Below are positions 14,496 through 27,860 of a stretch of DNA of 64,000 nucleotides, piece by piece. The notes under the pieces are model-generated. The model saw nothing but the letters and a program-made list of their open reading frames with translations, did not search any database and was not told the DNA's origin. The DNA is from the human T2T-CHM13v2.0 reference genome, Homo sapiens, in NCBI RefSeq assembly GCF_009914755.1, contig NC_060942.1. One strand, written 5' to 3'. The stretch's first letter is position 1, and every line of letters begins with the position of its first letter. A program made the translations under genes and the position numbers.

Positions 14496-15229
14496 AATTA
14501 ATTGTTGAACAAAATTAATTCCTAACACAAAGGGTCAATGGAAATGCAATGGTAATAAACTATATACATCACAATACATTCATAGCATGGTAAGGAAAAA
14601 AATCTTGTAGTGTTAAACTAGCTTTAATTTTAGTTTATGGAGGGTAGACTTCTTCTGCACCATAGGCATAAAAGCTTTTCACAGTACAGGTATTTTCTTC
14701 ATGTGTGAATTAAAATGTAATGCTAATTAATACTACTGGGTCACAGGATTAAATATATAATTCATGTGCAGTTATAATACATCTGCAGACAGAGTGAGAT
14801 TAACCTCATGTTTAGAGGAAAAATGTGTCTTTGAGACTCAGAATATAGATTACATATTAAACCATGGGAGCACAAAGGGGTGACAATATCCTCAAAACAT
14901 ACATGCTATTGTAGTTTAAACGATACGGACAGCACTGCTGTGAAAACTACGTTCAATAACATGTCTCCGAAAGGTTTGACATGGTTGAAGAAAGAGGTCA
15001 TTTTGTTTGCAAGATTGCCAGCTTTCAGATGGCTGCGCGAGTCTCATAATTGACCTAAACAATAGTAGTTACTCTCCTGGTAGCAATCATTGTAAGACTG
15101 AAGGATTTCTGGGAGATTATTGATACTTGGGCTCTGCTCTTAATTAAAAATGTCATTCTATTTCAAGATATGTTTTCAAGATGAGAAAATATCTGTTTTT
15201 ATTCTTGATGGTTCACAATAATAATTAAT

Positions 15230-16715
15230 GTATAATGAGAAAACTTATCCTAGTTTGACAACATGTTCTGGAGAAGGAACTTGAAAAGAACTTCAAAATA
15301 ATCATCTGAAAACATATGCAGCAAAATTATAGATGCAGAAATTAGATCAAACATATTACAAATGAAAATACATAGAAAGTGATACATTTTCCTATGAAGA
15401 AATGGAGGTTCTCATATTGAAAGAAAGTAAATCTACCTCTATATGATATGTAAGTGAAAATATGTATCACATAATATTGAAGAAAAATATCAAATGGAAG
15501 TATTAATGCTAGAGAAACTAAAAATTAAGGTGAAAATATCAAATAAAACAGTTATACTTGCAATAATAATTATTATGACTTACCAAAAAATTTACTCATC
15601 ATTAATCATCATTTACAAAAGAACACAGCATCAAAATACATAAAGAAAAAACTGATAATATAAAGAGAAAACGTAATAATAGTTATAATGGGAAAATTCA
15701 AGATACATTCCTCAAAGTGTGGCAGATCCAATAGACTGAAACATGATTAATGGTCGGAAGAGATTAAAAAGTATAGAAATTCATTTCAAACACGATGAAG
15801 TTAATAGATACAGGGTTGGGAAAAGATGCATAGTAGAAAGTTGTTATATAGCATTTCTGTCGCACAGTTACAATAATTGTAAATAATGTCAACAGCATAG
15901 ATAATAGTGAAATGTAGCAAAATAATTAAAAGTGATAGTTTTGAATAATTATTACCTTGCTGATAATTTATTAAATTATAACAATTCATTTTAATTCTTT
16001 TTCTTAACTTTTAGGTTCAGGGGTGTATGTGAAGGTTTATTACATAAGTACACTCTTGTCATGTGGGTTTGTTGTACAGATTATGTCATCACCCAAGTAT
16101 TAAGCCTAGCATGGCTATGTTTAATGGCTGTGTCTAAGAGTTGGCTTGCAAAATTCCTGAAAATTGAAAAATTGGCAAGCCAGGAGAAGCTGGCTGCAGA
16201 AACCAAAGTTCTTTCTGACTCTAAATCTTATTCTGGGGCATTTCTCTCAGGCTGAAAAATCTTTGGGGCCACCAGAAAGGAGACAATCACAACTACTTTT
16301 TCATTCTTCAACAGGATCAAGGAAATTATCTCTCATAAGTGAGAGTTCTATGTGATCAAAGAAAAGAGAGTTTCCATCAGAAATATTAAGTTGCATCATC
16401 TTATTTGGTGCAAGGAATGAAACTGTAGCCCTGTCTTTCCTATTCATCTGTTTGAGAATTAGAGTTGAGGAATGAAATGTTTATCAAAGGGACATGTTTC
16501 AGTGTATTTACTTAAAAAGAGATAAAAAGTCAGAAGTTTTTCTGATAGAAACATAAGAAGACTTAATTTCATAAGAATGTCGATTCACCTCAAATCAATT
16601 TAGTTTATAATATCTGAATTCTAATTTGAAGAAACTTTTGAATGAGATTTGAGAGGATAATTTTTATATTTACTTGTATTAGAAAAAGGCAAGTTTTTTC
16701 TCTTTCTTTTTAAAA
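15230..16715 (+). mobile_element. Highly decayed old L1 (L1M/L1ME) ORF2 fragments
   Basis: A-rich strand. Endonuclease-region motif ACAGCATCAAAATACATAAAG...ATGGGAAAATTCAA...GCAGATCCAATAGAC at 15625-15740, with further ORF2-like pieces to ~16700. Confidence 0.45.
15995..16110 (-). mobile_element. Old L1PA (L1PA13-16-like) 3' end fragment
   Basis: TTTTAGGTTCAGGGG...GTTGTACAGATTAT.TCATCACCCA.GTATTAAGCCTAG. Confidence 0.75.
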
Positions 16716-16719
16716 ATCT

Positions 16720-16965
16720 ATTATTATTATTATTATTATATTTTAATTTGGGGGTATATAGTAGTTGTATATACTTATGTGTTATATGAGATGTTTTGAT
16801 ACAGGCATGCAATGTGAAATAATCACATCATGGAGGATGAGGGTATCTATTCTTTGAAATATTTATCCTTTGTGTTACAAACAGTCCAATAACACTCTTT
16901 TAGTTATTTAAAAGTGTACATTGAAGTTAGTATTGACTATAGTGACCCTGTTCTGCTTTCAAATA
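16720..16965 (-). mobile_element. L1MA (L1MA2/3-like) 3' end
   Basis: (TTA)n tail, then TTTTGATACAGGCATGCAATGTGAAATAATCACATCATGGAG...TTGACTATAGT.ACCCTGTT. Confidence 0.8.
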
Positions 16966-17003
16966 TCGAGTTTTGAAAAGAGAGAACAATGATAGAGTTA
17001 TGA

Positions 17004-17357
<354 letters not shown>

Positions 17358-17399
17358 TACATTACCTATTTTTATACACACATCAGATATTAAATGTAT

Positions 17400-19390
17400 C
17401 CAAACAATATTTATACTACATATGCATGGTACAAAATATCACAGTATAATGAATACCCACGTATAGACCACACATCTAAAAACAAGGATTATTACCATTC
17501 ATATGGAAGTTGCCATTTATGCTCTTCCTGACCCCATCTCTTGCCCCTCATCCTGCTCAGAGGTAACTTGTATTAGTCCATTCTTATGCTGCTTCAAGGA
17601 CATACTTCAGACTGGGTAATTTATAAAGAAAAGAGGTTTAATTGACTCACAGTTCAGCATGGCTGGGGAGGCCTCAGGAAACTTACAATCATGTCAGAAG
17701 GCACCTCTTCACAGGGCAGAAGGAGAGGGAATGAGTGCAGAGTGAAGGAGAGAAAAGCCCCTTGTAAAACCATCAGATCTCATGAGAGCTCACTTACTAT
17801 CACAAGAACAGCACGGAGGAACCACCCCCATGACCTAATCACCTTCCATGAGGTGTCTCCCTCAACACATGGGGATTATAATTCAGATTACAATTCAAGA
17901 TGAGATTTGGGTGGGGACACAGAGCTAGACTATATCATAGCTACTACCCTAAATTTTGTCTTTTTTATTTTTGCTTTTCTTTGTAGTTTTTACACATATG
18001 TTTGTATTCTATAGTAATTTATTAGATAATTTTGGATAATTTTGAAGTTTATTTAAATGAAACCATACTTATGTATTTTTCTACATGTTTTTCTTTTTTC
18101 TGTAAGAATTTTTTGGAATTGAGTCATGCTTTACATAGCTATAATTCATTCATTTTTATCATTGTTTGTTATTCCATTAAGGAATATCCCAGAACTTATT
18201 TACTTATTCTATTATTCATGTTCAATTTGAATGTTTCTAGGTTTTTTTTGCTCTTACCACCAGCACACCTTTGAATGTTTATATCTATGCACTTGTGCTA
18301 ATATAAAAATTTCTCTATTTCATCAATACAAGTGTTAATGGTAGGATCAAGCAGAATGTTCATTTTCTCATATATAAAATAATGCTAAATTATTTTCCAT
18401 AATGTTTACACATAGTAATCCTTCACCAGAAGTACATAAATGTTCTGTTTTGTTTTCTTTATACCTTTATTGATACATAATCAGATATTTTTAATTTATC
18501 TCAAACTTGTGAATACACAAGGATATCCTGTATTATTCTTGGCTTATATTTTCTTTTATTAATAATGAGGTTGAGCATCTTTTCATGTTTATTTACCATC
18601 ACGTCTTCAGTGAAGTGATAAACTTTCTCAGTTTTTTGACTGATGTTGTCCCTATTTGCCCTTGTACTTGAAATACTTTTTTCCAGCTATTGAATTCTTG
18701 GTTGACAGTCGTTTTCTCTTATTCCACTGAAGGTATCTGGCTTCCATTATTGTTGTTAAGAAGTCAGCAGCCATCTAATTGTTGCTCCTTGAAAGATTCT
18801 CTCTTTTTTTATTTTCTACCAGGATGCTATTAGAGATCTTTTATTTGGTGGTCTGCAGTGCTTAACTGTAAATTTCTTTTCACTTAACTTTTTCTGGATT
18901 TGTTTGGCTCCTTAAATGTGTCTTTTATCATTTCTGAAACATTTTCAGCCACTGGATTTTCAAACGTAAACTTTCCTCTCCTTCTGAAACTTTGATTAGA
19001 CATGTGATCCTATCATTTCATCTTATATCTCAATATTTGTTAACATCTCTTAATATTTTTCAGCTCTTTTTTCCTCTCTGTGTGGCTACATTCTGTATAT
19101 TTTCCACCAAATTATCTTAGAGTTTATTACTATGTTCTTTAAGTATGTCTAATTTGTTGCTGATTCCATCCAAAATTTGTATACCTCTTTATAAATTATG
19201 AATTTATACATTTCCTAAAATTAAATTAAACTTGCTCTCCTGGGAGAAACTCCACTTTGTCATGGAATCTAACAGTTTATTTATCATTGGATTTGATTTA
19301 CTAACATTATGCTTTATGTTTATAATGAGATTGTATTATAACTTTTCTTTCTCCTACTTTCTTTGAAGGTTTGTGTATAAATATTATACT
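17400..19390 (-). mobile_element. Old L1ME-type fragments (3' UTR, ORF2 and ORF1-region pieces), interrupted by THE1
   Basis: T-rich strand with L1ME motifs (AGAGGTAAC..., TAATGAGGTTGAGCATCTTTTCATG, GAATTCTTGGTTGACAG, GAAGTCAGC). Confidence 0.6.
17569..17937 (-). mobile_element. THE1C-type MaLR solo LTR
   Basis: TGTATTAGTCCATT...GGGTGGGGACACAGAGC...TATATCA, with GCACCTCTTCACAGGGC diagnostic. TSD TAACT/TAGCT. Confidence 0.92.
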
Positions 19391-19394
19391 GGGA

Positions 19395-19612
19395 CAGGAT
19401 TTCTCAACTTTAGTGCTATTGACCATTTGGACCAGATCATTCTTCATTTTGGGGACTGTCCTGTACATTGTAGATGTTTAGCAGCACCTCTCACTTCTAC
19501 CCACTAAATGTCAGTAGTATCCGCTATACCTGCAGTTATGATAGCCCAGACATGTCTCCAGGCAAGCCAAAGGAACCCTCAGGAGGAAATGTGTCCCAGT
19601 TGAGAACTACTA
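19395..19612. mobile_element. MER20 (hAT-Charlie)
   Basis: CAGGATTTCTCAAC...GACTGTCCTGTACATTGTAG.ATGTTTAGCAGCA...CCAGTTGAGAACTACT. Confidence 0.85.
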
Positions 19613-19619
19613 CACTTTT

Positions 19620-20135
19620 AAAATGATCAGAAAGACATAGAGTAAAGATTATCCTACAAAATTGTATGGGCTATAGTCTTTCTAGCTGTCGAAGATAAGA
19701 AAGAGAGAAATACTGTGAAACTGTCAGACTACAAGAAACAAAATCAACATTATATGCATTTTCTTGGATGGGATCCCAGAACAGAAAGGAAAGAAATACA
19801 TTTTGTGAAAGTTGTGATGTTGTATGAGTGTTGATTTTCCAGCTTAAATGTTAGAGAGGGTTAAGAAGAGTGTCTTTGTTTCTGGAAAGTATACACAGGA
19901 GTATTTGGGCAGAAGAGTGGTGACTCATTTTATCTATGGTTTGCTTTCATTTGGTTCGGAAAAATACTACTACTGCTACTACTAATAGTAGAGATAGTGG
20001 GGAGAGGGAGAGAAAAATATTAAAGTGAAATATTGACAGTAGGGAAATTTAAGTGAGGTTGATAAGAGAGTGCTTTGTAGTGTTTTTCAACTTTCCTGTA
20101 AGTTTAAATTATTTCCTAATAACTTATTTAAAAAA
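19620..20135 (+). mobile_element. L1MC-type (L1MC4-like) 3' UTR
   Basis: GGATGGGATCCCAGAACAGAAA and terminal CAACTTTCCTGTAAGTTTAAATTATTTC. Confidence 0.65.
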
Positions 20136-20349
20136 TAATGTATGTTTCTTATTTTATAGTATATTGAAAATGGGTAAGTAAAGCTTTAAAATTAATATTG
20201 CTGATCTCTTATATCAGGTATTAGGTAATAAATGCCAGTTGATGAAAATCATCTGGTTTTGACGCAAATTTAGTGATCTTAATTCTACAACCAAACCATT
20301 TAATCCACTTATAAACAAACTTCCAATGCAAAATCTCTCCTAGATAATA

Positions 20350-20585
20350 AATATAATGGTTAAATGAGCCTCTGCCTCTGACAAGCTACAGTTTGAGCTA
20401 TGGTTTGCAACTATTAGCTATCTTTGGGAACATTACATTACCTCTCTAAATATGTTTATTCAGCTGAAGATAAAATAAAAAAATACATGTTTCATATTTT
20501 TAGCACTAAAGATAATATACATAAAATTTCTTAGCACAAGGCAATTCACAAATTTCATACAAATTTCACAAATATTGGCTATTAG
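20350..20585 (+). mobile_element. MIR
   Basis: TAATGGTTAA..GAGC...TTAGCT...TTGGG...ACCTCTCTAA...CTTAGCACA. Confidence 0.55.
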
Positions 20586-20869
20586 TTTGTGAACATCTTT
20601 GATTAGGCAAAATTTTTTCTTTGATAATGCTTTAATCTTAACAGGAAAATGGAGCTTTCATCTCCCAACTAGAGAAGTAATATGTTGAGTTCATTCACTC
20701 CAGGGTATAAATTAATCATTTTGTGTCATGTTAGAGAGTAATTTCTGGTAGAGGACAGGTGACTAAGGGTCTCCTAGTCTGGTCACTTACCATTGCTGAT
20801 GGAAATCTTTCCAATGTAGCCTATTGTCAATGAACTACAGAATTCTCAAATCTCAAACTTACTTTTCTA

Positions 20870-21135
20870 GGCTTTATTATTCCACTCTGTTGCCATTTTC
20901 AATGTTCAGCTATACTGAAGTTCCATTTCCATTCTACATACATGTTGTCTTCTTTTCTTTACTCACAATCCACTGCCTATGTGAATTTTTCCCTTCCTGC
21001 CTATTATCTTCTTTTGAAAGCTCACCCTTGTTCAAGGTGTGACAGGTGCTGCCACTTCTTTAGGCAGCATCCTAATCTAACCAGCCGGGGTTACGCTCTC
21101 TCTTCCAAGCTTGCTCCCACAGCACATTCGGTTGC
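20870..21135 (+). mobile_element. L2 fragment
   Basis: Pyrimidine-rich L2 3'-region pattern ending GCTCCCACAGCAC. Confidence 0.4.
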
Positions 21136-21544
21136 ATAGGATTTCTGCACAGGAATCATGAGTAAGATCCTCAGTGGTAGGCAAGTTTCAGTTTATAAAT
21201 GACTCGTGTTCCATTGTGTGGAATGATAAAAAGATAGTATGAGTGTGCCTAAGCATCATCTGTGTGTCATAGTTCATATAAACAATGCATCCTTTCACTC
21301 TTGCAACCAGGGCATGAGTTCAGTCATTTGACTAGTACCATCACAGGGTGAAATAATGAGCCCACATGAGGGCATAATATGTCAAGTGAGTGAAGATTCA
21401 ATTGTGGAGTTTTTCACTTGTATCATCTTTATGTAAGGCTGATAATGCTTGCTAAAAAAAAAAATTCTATTGTGCATTTTGCTTCAGTATTACTCGTATC
21501 TTTTTTATCCTTAAAGTGCTTAAAGACGGCATCAAAATCATATA

Positions 21545-21790
21545 ATAAGCAATAATAACTGAGGGTTTGCTATATGCCAGTCACTGTGCGAGGTACTTTA
21601 TGTGCATTATGCATATGTAAATAATCCTCATTACAGCCATATTAGTTAAGTACCATTATTAACCCAAGTTTTCCAGTGAGGAAACTGAGTCTGAAAGAGA
21701 TTTATTGTTTCCCAAGGGTTAATATCCACTAATTATCAGAAACACGCTGGCTAATTCCAAAATTCGAATATTACCTACCACGTTATTCTG
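21545..21790 (-). mobile_element. MIR
   Basis: CTATATGCCAG.CACTGTG...AATCCTCA...TGAGGAAACTGAG. Confidence 0.75.
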
Positions 21791-22939
21791 CTATAATGTT
21801 TATAAAATTTGATTAAATTATTTTAAGGTCATGAAAATCAAATTGTGAGAGAATTTATTGTATCATTTTAGCAGAGACATTTTACAATAAATGTGTTACA
21901 TTAATGGTTGCTAAGTTTGTTGAATTGCATGGATTCCTTATGCCATGTTTATAGTTAAAATTCCTTAGACCATAATTGATTCATGTCTAAAGTCACGAAC
22001 TATTCATTGTCCAAATTATATAAAAATTGGTTAAACTCAAATTGTGACTTATTGGCTCCTTCCATAAATGGAATCAGGAAGTTTTGACAAATCTGTATCT
22101 GTCAGTCTGTAAGACATTTCCATTTATGTCTCAGGTAAATTGAGTAAGCTGTATTGATTGATGGTATATGGTTTTTAAATATAAGACCACAGAATATAAC
22201 ATCTAAGTGATATGGCAAATATTTCAGAAAAAAATAACTGAACAAAATATATTCTTACTTCACACCATTTTAAAGCCATATTAAAATAATATTAGAGGAA
22301 TCACAAATAGGGAAATACCCCAAATTTTAGCTTTATCTCATAATAACATACCTTTTTTGAGATTTTCTAGGCCTTTAATATTACCAAACTTTTGCCTGAA
22401 TAGTTGGTATATGTGTATTTATATTAGTTATTAAAATAATCCAACATCATTTACACAATTGGTTAGTGTCCTTAGAATCTATTTTATAAGACTGTGATTA
22501 CTCCATTTAAAAGTAGGTATTTGATATTCAGCTCATGGAGCACCATTAAACAATTTTATGCTAATATTGTGTAAATGTATGACTGAAATTTCTGCAGCAC
22601 TCACTAATTTTTTATTGTCTATTAAAAATTCTAATGGACCGCTTAATTGGGTATACATATTTTAAGTTTAAAAGGAAAATATTATGGCACACTTTGAGGA
22701 AATTCTATTCTTCTACATTAAATTATATAAGTATTTTATAATAACTCTCTAGGTAAGCTACTTTAAAGCTATTTAAATTGAACTAACTCAAGTCAATTGC
22801 ACCATACATTTAAATTACAGAATTTACAAACTTTTTGCTATAACTAGATTAAAAGGAGGTTAATGCTTCCATACAATGACTAACCTAGCAACAATTTTAA
22901 TAGTAAGATCCACTAGGTCACATAAGTCATTTCACTGTA

Positions 22940-23087
22940 CAAATGTTCCTTTACTTATGATGGGATTAAGTCCTGATAAACCCATTGTAAGTATAAAATA
23001 TAATTTGAAAATTCATTTAATACCTCAATAACGCATCTTATGGTCAAAAAATCAAAAGTCAATCCATTGTTTGTTAGGGACTGTCTA
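22940..23087. mobile_element. MER47/Tigger5-family MITE
   Basis: TA|CAAATGTTCCT.TACTTATGATGGG.TTA.GTCCTGATAAACCCATTGTAAGT...GGGACTGTCT matches the CAGATGCTCCTCGACTTACGATGGGG terminus. Confidence 0.7.
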
Positions 23088-23841
23088 TCCTTGGAAAGAC
23101 AAGGAGTAACCTGCTTTCAATCTTGAATATTTACACCCCTCTCTATGGCTAGTTATTTTCAGGTTTACCAGAAACATAGTTTGGCTACAATACAGACTGG
23201 AAATAATTAACATAAAATAAAATAAATGACTTTTAATGTTAAAAATATTATGAAGTTTAGAAAAATGCTCCAAAATAATTTTTCTTTCTAACTAATCATA
23301 TTATCTTCCTTTCTCACTAGCTACCACTCATTGCCAACTATGGATAGAATTTATATCTAAAATTAGTTCTCATGGGCAGAAATTGTATCAAAATTAGGAG
23401 TAGCAAATAATGAAATTTTACATGAAAAACGGCCTACTACCCCACCATTCTTTTCATTCTCTGAACTCTCAAATCCTATCCTAGGAAAATCAGGATCAAT
23501 AGGATTTGATGTGCTACTGATGAAAGGTTTCTTGTGCAGGTAATGGGGATCCAGGACAGAAATATGAATATAATTTATAATTAAGGATTATCTAATCATT
23601 TACATGATCAGAATAAACTATGTTTTGCTAACTCAAATGCACTTGCACTGAAATGAAAATACTCATTTATTGGTGCAGTATAACCATATTTCTCTGAAAT
23701 AAGAGTACTGGCGTGTCTTTCATATGCGCATTTTACTCTAAATTATCACCATCAATAAACCAGGCTATTGGGTGCTCAATAAATATTTGGTAAGTTAATA
23801 TTTAAAATAAGACCTTTTCTCCCAGGAAGATAAACAGGGCA

Positions 23842-23843
<2 letters not shown>

Positions 23844-23874
<31 letters not shown>
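23844..23874. repeat. Poly(T)31 mononucleotide run
   Basis: Directly visible. Confidence 0.97.
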
Positions 23875-24529
23875 CTCAAAATTTCATTCAGTCCTATCAG
23901 CAAAATAAATTATAAAATTTTAGGTAAAGCAATTTTCTCTCCACAAAGCAATTTTCTATCAGTCTGTTCCAACTCACGCTTGGTCTTACAACTAGAAAAA
24001 GGGCCATTGTGGTAGCAGAAATAGTAACTTGACAAAAGAAAGGAGGTCTGCCCATTTTAATTTCATACTGAGAACTGTATTGTTAAACAGAATTACAAAA
24101 ATATTTTGAAAACGTCTTAAATATTACAAGCTACAGTTGTTGTAATTGCATAAGGCACAAGTCCTGCAAACTCAACTCATATTTTTACATTTAACATCTT
24201 AAGAATATTGACTAAAAATAGATTTTTGAAAAAAATCATTGATAATGGAGATTGAGTGTACATCGAGTACACTGCAGTTATTCTTCTCAAAATGCTACTT
24301 TCTACAGCACCAAAATAATGAGGTGATATAAAATCCTTGCTGCATCTGATTGGTACAATTTATTTGGCTTAGAAGCATCAGAGTATAGTGCTCTGGAATT
24401 TATAACTAGGTAGAAGCAATTTTATCTTTATACTTAAAACCACTAAAAGTCTTACTCCACAAGATTATGTGCTTATGGCAGCTCATGTAGTTGTTTCCCA
24501 CCAACTTTTCCCCATGCTTTGCTATCCTT

Positions 24530-25030
24530 TGATAACCCTTGCTTGTGTCCTTGAAACAGTTATTTCATTAGAAATTGCAAAGTGATGCTTTTCTAATTCT
24601 ATTATTTATACTTAATTTATTCTCTTGAAATATTCTACATCGAAGAAGTTTCTTTCTACTAGAGCTATTCTGCTAGCCTAAAATATTCATTCTAGAAGGC
24701 CAAAATAAATGCTTGTAACTATTCATTTTGTTGTGGATTTTCAGAGTATGGGTTGGTGCCTGTAGTAATCTCCAACTGAATTGTTCCCTTCCCTTAACTA
24801 CTCATCCCCCGAATCCCTCTTTCTTTTTTACTAATGAATTTACAACTTTTATAATATATTTATATGTTTTAATCAATTTCAATCATTATTTTCTTCAATG
24901 TTCTAAGTCTCTCGATTTAGATCAGTGTAAGCTCTTTGTGATGACTCTCATTCTTTTGAAATGGCTCCATTAATCTTTGGTATCATTCTTGTTTTCAGAA
25001 ACAAAAAGATGGCCCAAGCTCACCTTATGT
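24530..25030 (-). mobile_element. L1MC-type 3' UTR fragment
   Basis: TTGCAAA.TGATG.TTTTCTAATTCTATTATT...AAAATAAATGCTTG...AAAAGATG.CCCAAGCTCACCTT. Confidence 0.55.
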
Positions 25031-25251
25031 GTGTGTGTGTGTGTATGCATGTAGGTGTTTATAACTAGATTTTTATACTATAAAAGAATTCACTCATTTA
25101 ATTTTGAGTTATTGTGATGACTGAAGTGTCAAGATTTGTTTTAATTGATTGAATAGATGACAATTCTCAACTTATGGTAAATCACTGGAGTGCAGGGCAT
25201 AAAAGGGGGTGGTGTCTTGAATTGGAGAAGATAAATTTTAAGACACAATAT

Positions 25252-27740
25252 GAAACTTCCAGTTTCCATTCTAAGAGCTTGAAAGTCATCACTCATCCTC
25301 ACAACAAGAAAAAAGCTGAACAAGCCAAAATGATTTTAAAAAACTGTCAGAGAATTAAAGTCACAGGACCAACAACATCCTCAAACATTAGAAAAACAAG
25401 TGAATTATATACAAATATGATTGCCAGAAGCAGAAGTCATTGGAATAGTTAAACCAAAACTTCAAGGAATTCCGGAGGGTGTGTATAGACTAGCTTGATA
25501 GTTACAATCTCCCCCAGATGCCTAATCTAGAGAGATTTCTGTACTTTCCTAGGATTTATCTCTAGGATAAAACCCACCAGATTTTCAGATGAAGAACAGG
25601 AAAAAACTCCATCCTGTTTGGTCAGAGGGAAGAAAAAGTAAAATTTTCTGAAAACCTAGAACATTGTTAACAACAAAGGCCAACTTTGCAATGCAAAAAC
25701 TTCATCAGAACCCAATGATTTCCAGCATGAAGGAAGGTGTTAGTCTTCATGTCTCATCCAAGGGAGAGAAGAGGAATCTGAGATGCATTTCTGAAGCTCA
25801 CAGCCCAGGGACACACATCCACTGAAAGACTGAGATCTAATCTCTCCATATACCTTACTGCCCCCATCAACAAGGCTTCTGTAAAATAAGAATGGATTAC
25901 AGTTAAAAAACTAAAAGATTCTGATTCTATTTATAGAAGAAAAACCTAAAGAAAAACCCAAAGATGGCAAAAGAGACAAAAGCAAGGATATTACAGAAAC
26001 TGAAGCCTCTGACACATACAGATACAGTGAATAGCAAACACAGCCTGTCTTGTAGCCAGATAAATATAACACCACACACTAAAAAGCTTAGGTATTTCAG
26101 TTACTATTAGTCAATACAGTATGTCTAACTTTCAAAAACATTATAAGCATGATAAAAGGTAAGAAAAGCACAATCTAAAGGACAAAGCAAGCAACAGAAC
26201 TAGACCCAGACATGGCAGATATTTTGGAATTATCAGATTGTGAATTTAAGACAACTATGATTAATATGCTAAGGGCTTTAGCAGAAAAAGTGGATGTTGT
26301 CCAGGAATTGATGGTTAAAGTAGCCATAGAGATGGGAGCTCTAATAAGGAATAAAAAGGAGAAGCTGAAAATAAAAAGCACTAACAGACATAAAGAATGC
26401 CTTTGATGAGCTCATGAGCACACTGAATATAGCCAAGGAAAAAAATAATGAGCTTGAAGTTAGGTCAATAAAAACTTCTCAAACTCAAATGCAAAAAAAA
26501 TAAAAAATAAGGGGGGGACAAAACCCTAGAATATCCAGGAAGTGTGAGACAATTACAAAAAGTACAACATATGTATAATGAGAATACCAGAAGATGCACA
26601 CAAGAGAAAGGAGCAGAAAAAAATATTTAAATTATGTGGCTAAGAGTTTTTTTAAATTAATGACAGAAACTAAACCAAAAACAAATTATTGAAAGAGGGC
26701 ATGGGAGAAAACATTTTACCCATAGAAGAATAAGGATATTTATATCAGACTTTTTGATAGAAACCATAAAAGCAGAAGAGACTAGAGTCAAATATTTAAC
26801 ATATTGAAAGAAGAAATCTCCCAACCTAGAATTTTATATTCATTGAAATTATCCTTCAAAGTGAATAGAAATATAAAGACTTTCTCAGACCTTTCTCTCA
26901 AGACAGGTATACTAACAAGAAACGGCATACCTGTTTTGAGAGAAATTTTAAAATAAGTCTGAGAGAAGGGAAATAATATAGATCAGAAACTAGGACCTAC
27001 ATAAAGAAAGAGAGAGTGTCAGAGAAGGAATAAATGAAAGTAAAATAAAATCTTATTTTTATATGATCTAATAGAGAACTATTTTCTTACTCTTATCAGA
27101 TCTAATAGATGGTTGTTTGTTCATAGTAGTAACACGAACAATGTGTTGGGTAATTATAGCATATGTATAAGTGAAATGAATGACAGCACTGTTATAAGGG
27201 ATGCAATGGTGGAATTGGAATACTCTGCCATAAAAGCACCTGCACTACCTATGAAATGGTATGTCAAAGCAAATTTATATTAGTTACAAACGTACATTTC
27301 AAACTCTAGGGCAACCACTAAAAAGGCTAAGAAAAGATGTATAATTCATATGGTAAGAGGAGAGAAAAAGGAATCATATAAAATGCTCAATTATACTCAG
27401 AGAAGGCAGAAAATGAAAGAAGAGATGCCATGTTAGCACTTAATAAAAAGAAAGCTGAAGTACATGTATTAAATTCACACAAAATCAATTACAGAGCAAG
27501 AAAAATTATCAGTGATGAAAGGAGGAATTTTTAATAATAAAAGTCTTAATTCTCCAAGAAGACATAACAATTCTTAACATATATGCCCTTAACAACAGAA
27601 CATCAAAATACATGAGGCTAAAACAAATAGAATGATAAGGAGAAGTAGATTAATCCACTATTATGTTTGGAGATTTCAACACTCCTCTGTCAGTATTGAC
27701 AGATCCAGTAGACAGGAAATCAATAAAGACATTGTAATAC
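25252..27740 (+). mobile_element. Old L1 5' portion (L1MD/L1M4-type 5' UTR, decayed ORF1, start of ORF2 endonuclease)
   Basis: Starts ACTTCCAGTTTCC. ORF 26212-26406 MADILELSDCEFKTTMINMLRAL is ORF1p-like. Endonuclease motifs ATATATGCCC.TAACAAC and GGAGATTTCAACACTCCTCT at 27580-27690. Confidence 0.8.
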
Positions 27741-27860
27741 TACACCGCATCCTCAGCTTCTTTAAAGTCATAAGATCTCAGAGACAGAATTAGCTGCATG
27801 GAAATGAAAGGGTAGTCCCTGGGTGGTAGTGTAACCCTCCTTTATTTGGATCAATCTCTC

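Noticed and set aside
16251-16338. Plus-strand exon candidate (TTTCTCTCAG|G ... AA|GTGAGA)
   Set aside because: Appears to lie in decayed L1 ORF2 sequence; the donor is weak and the peptide is unrecognisable.
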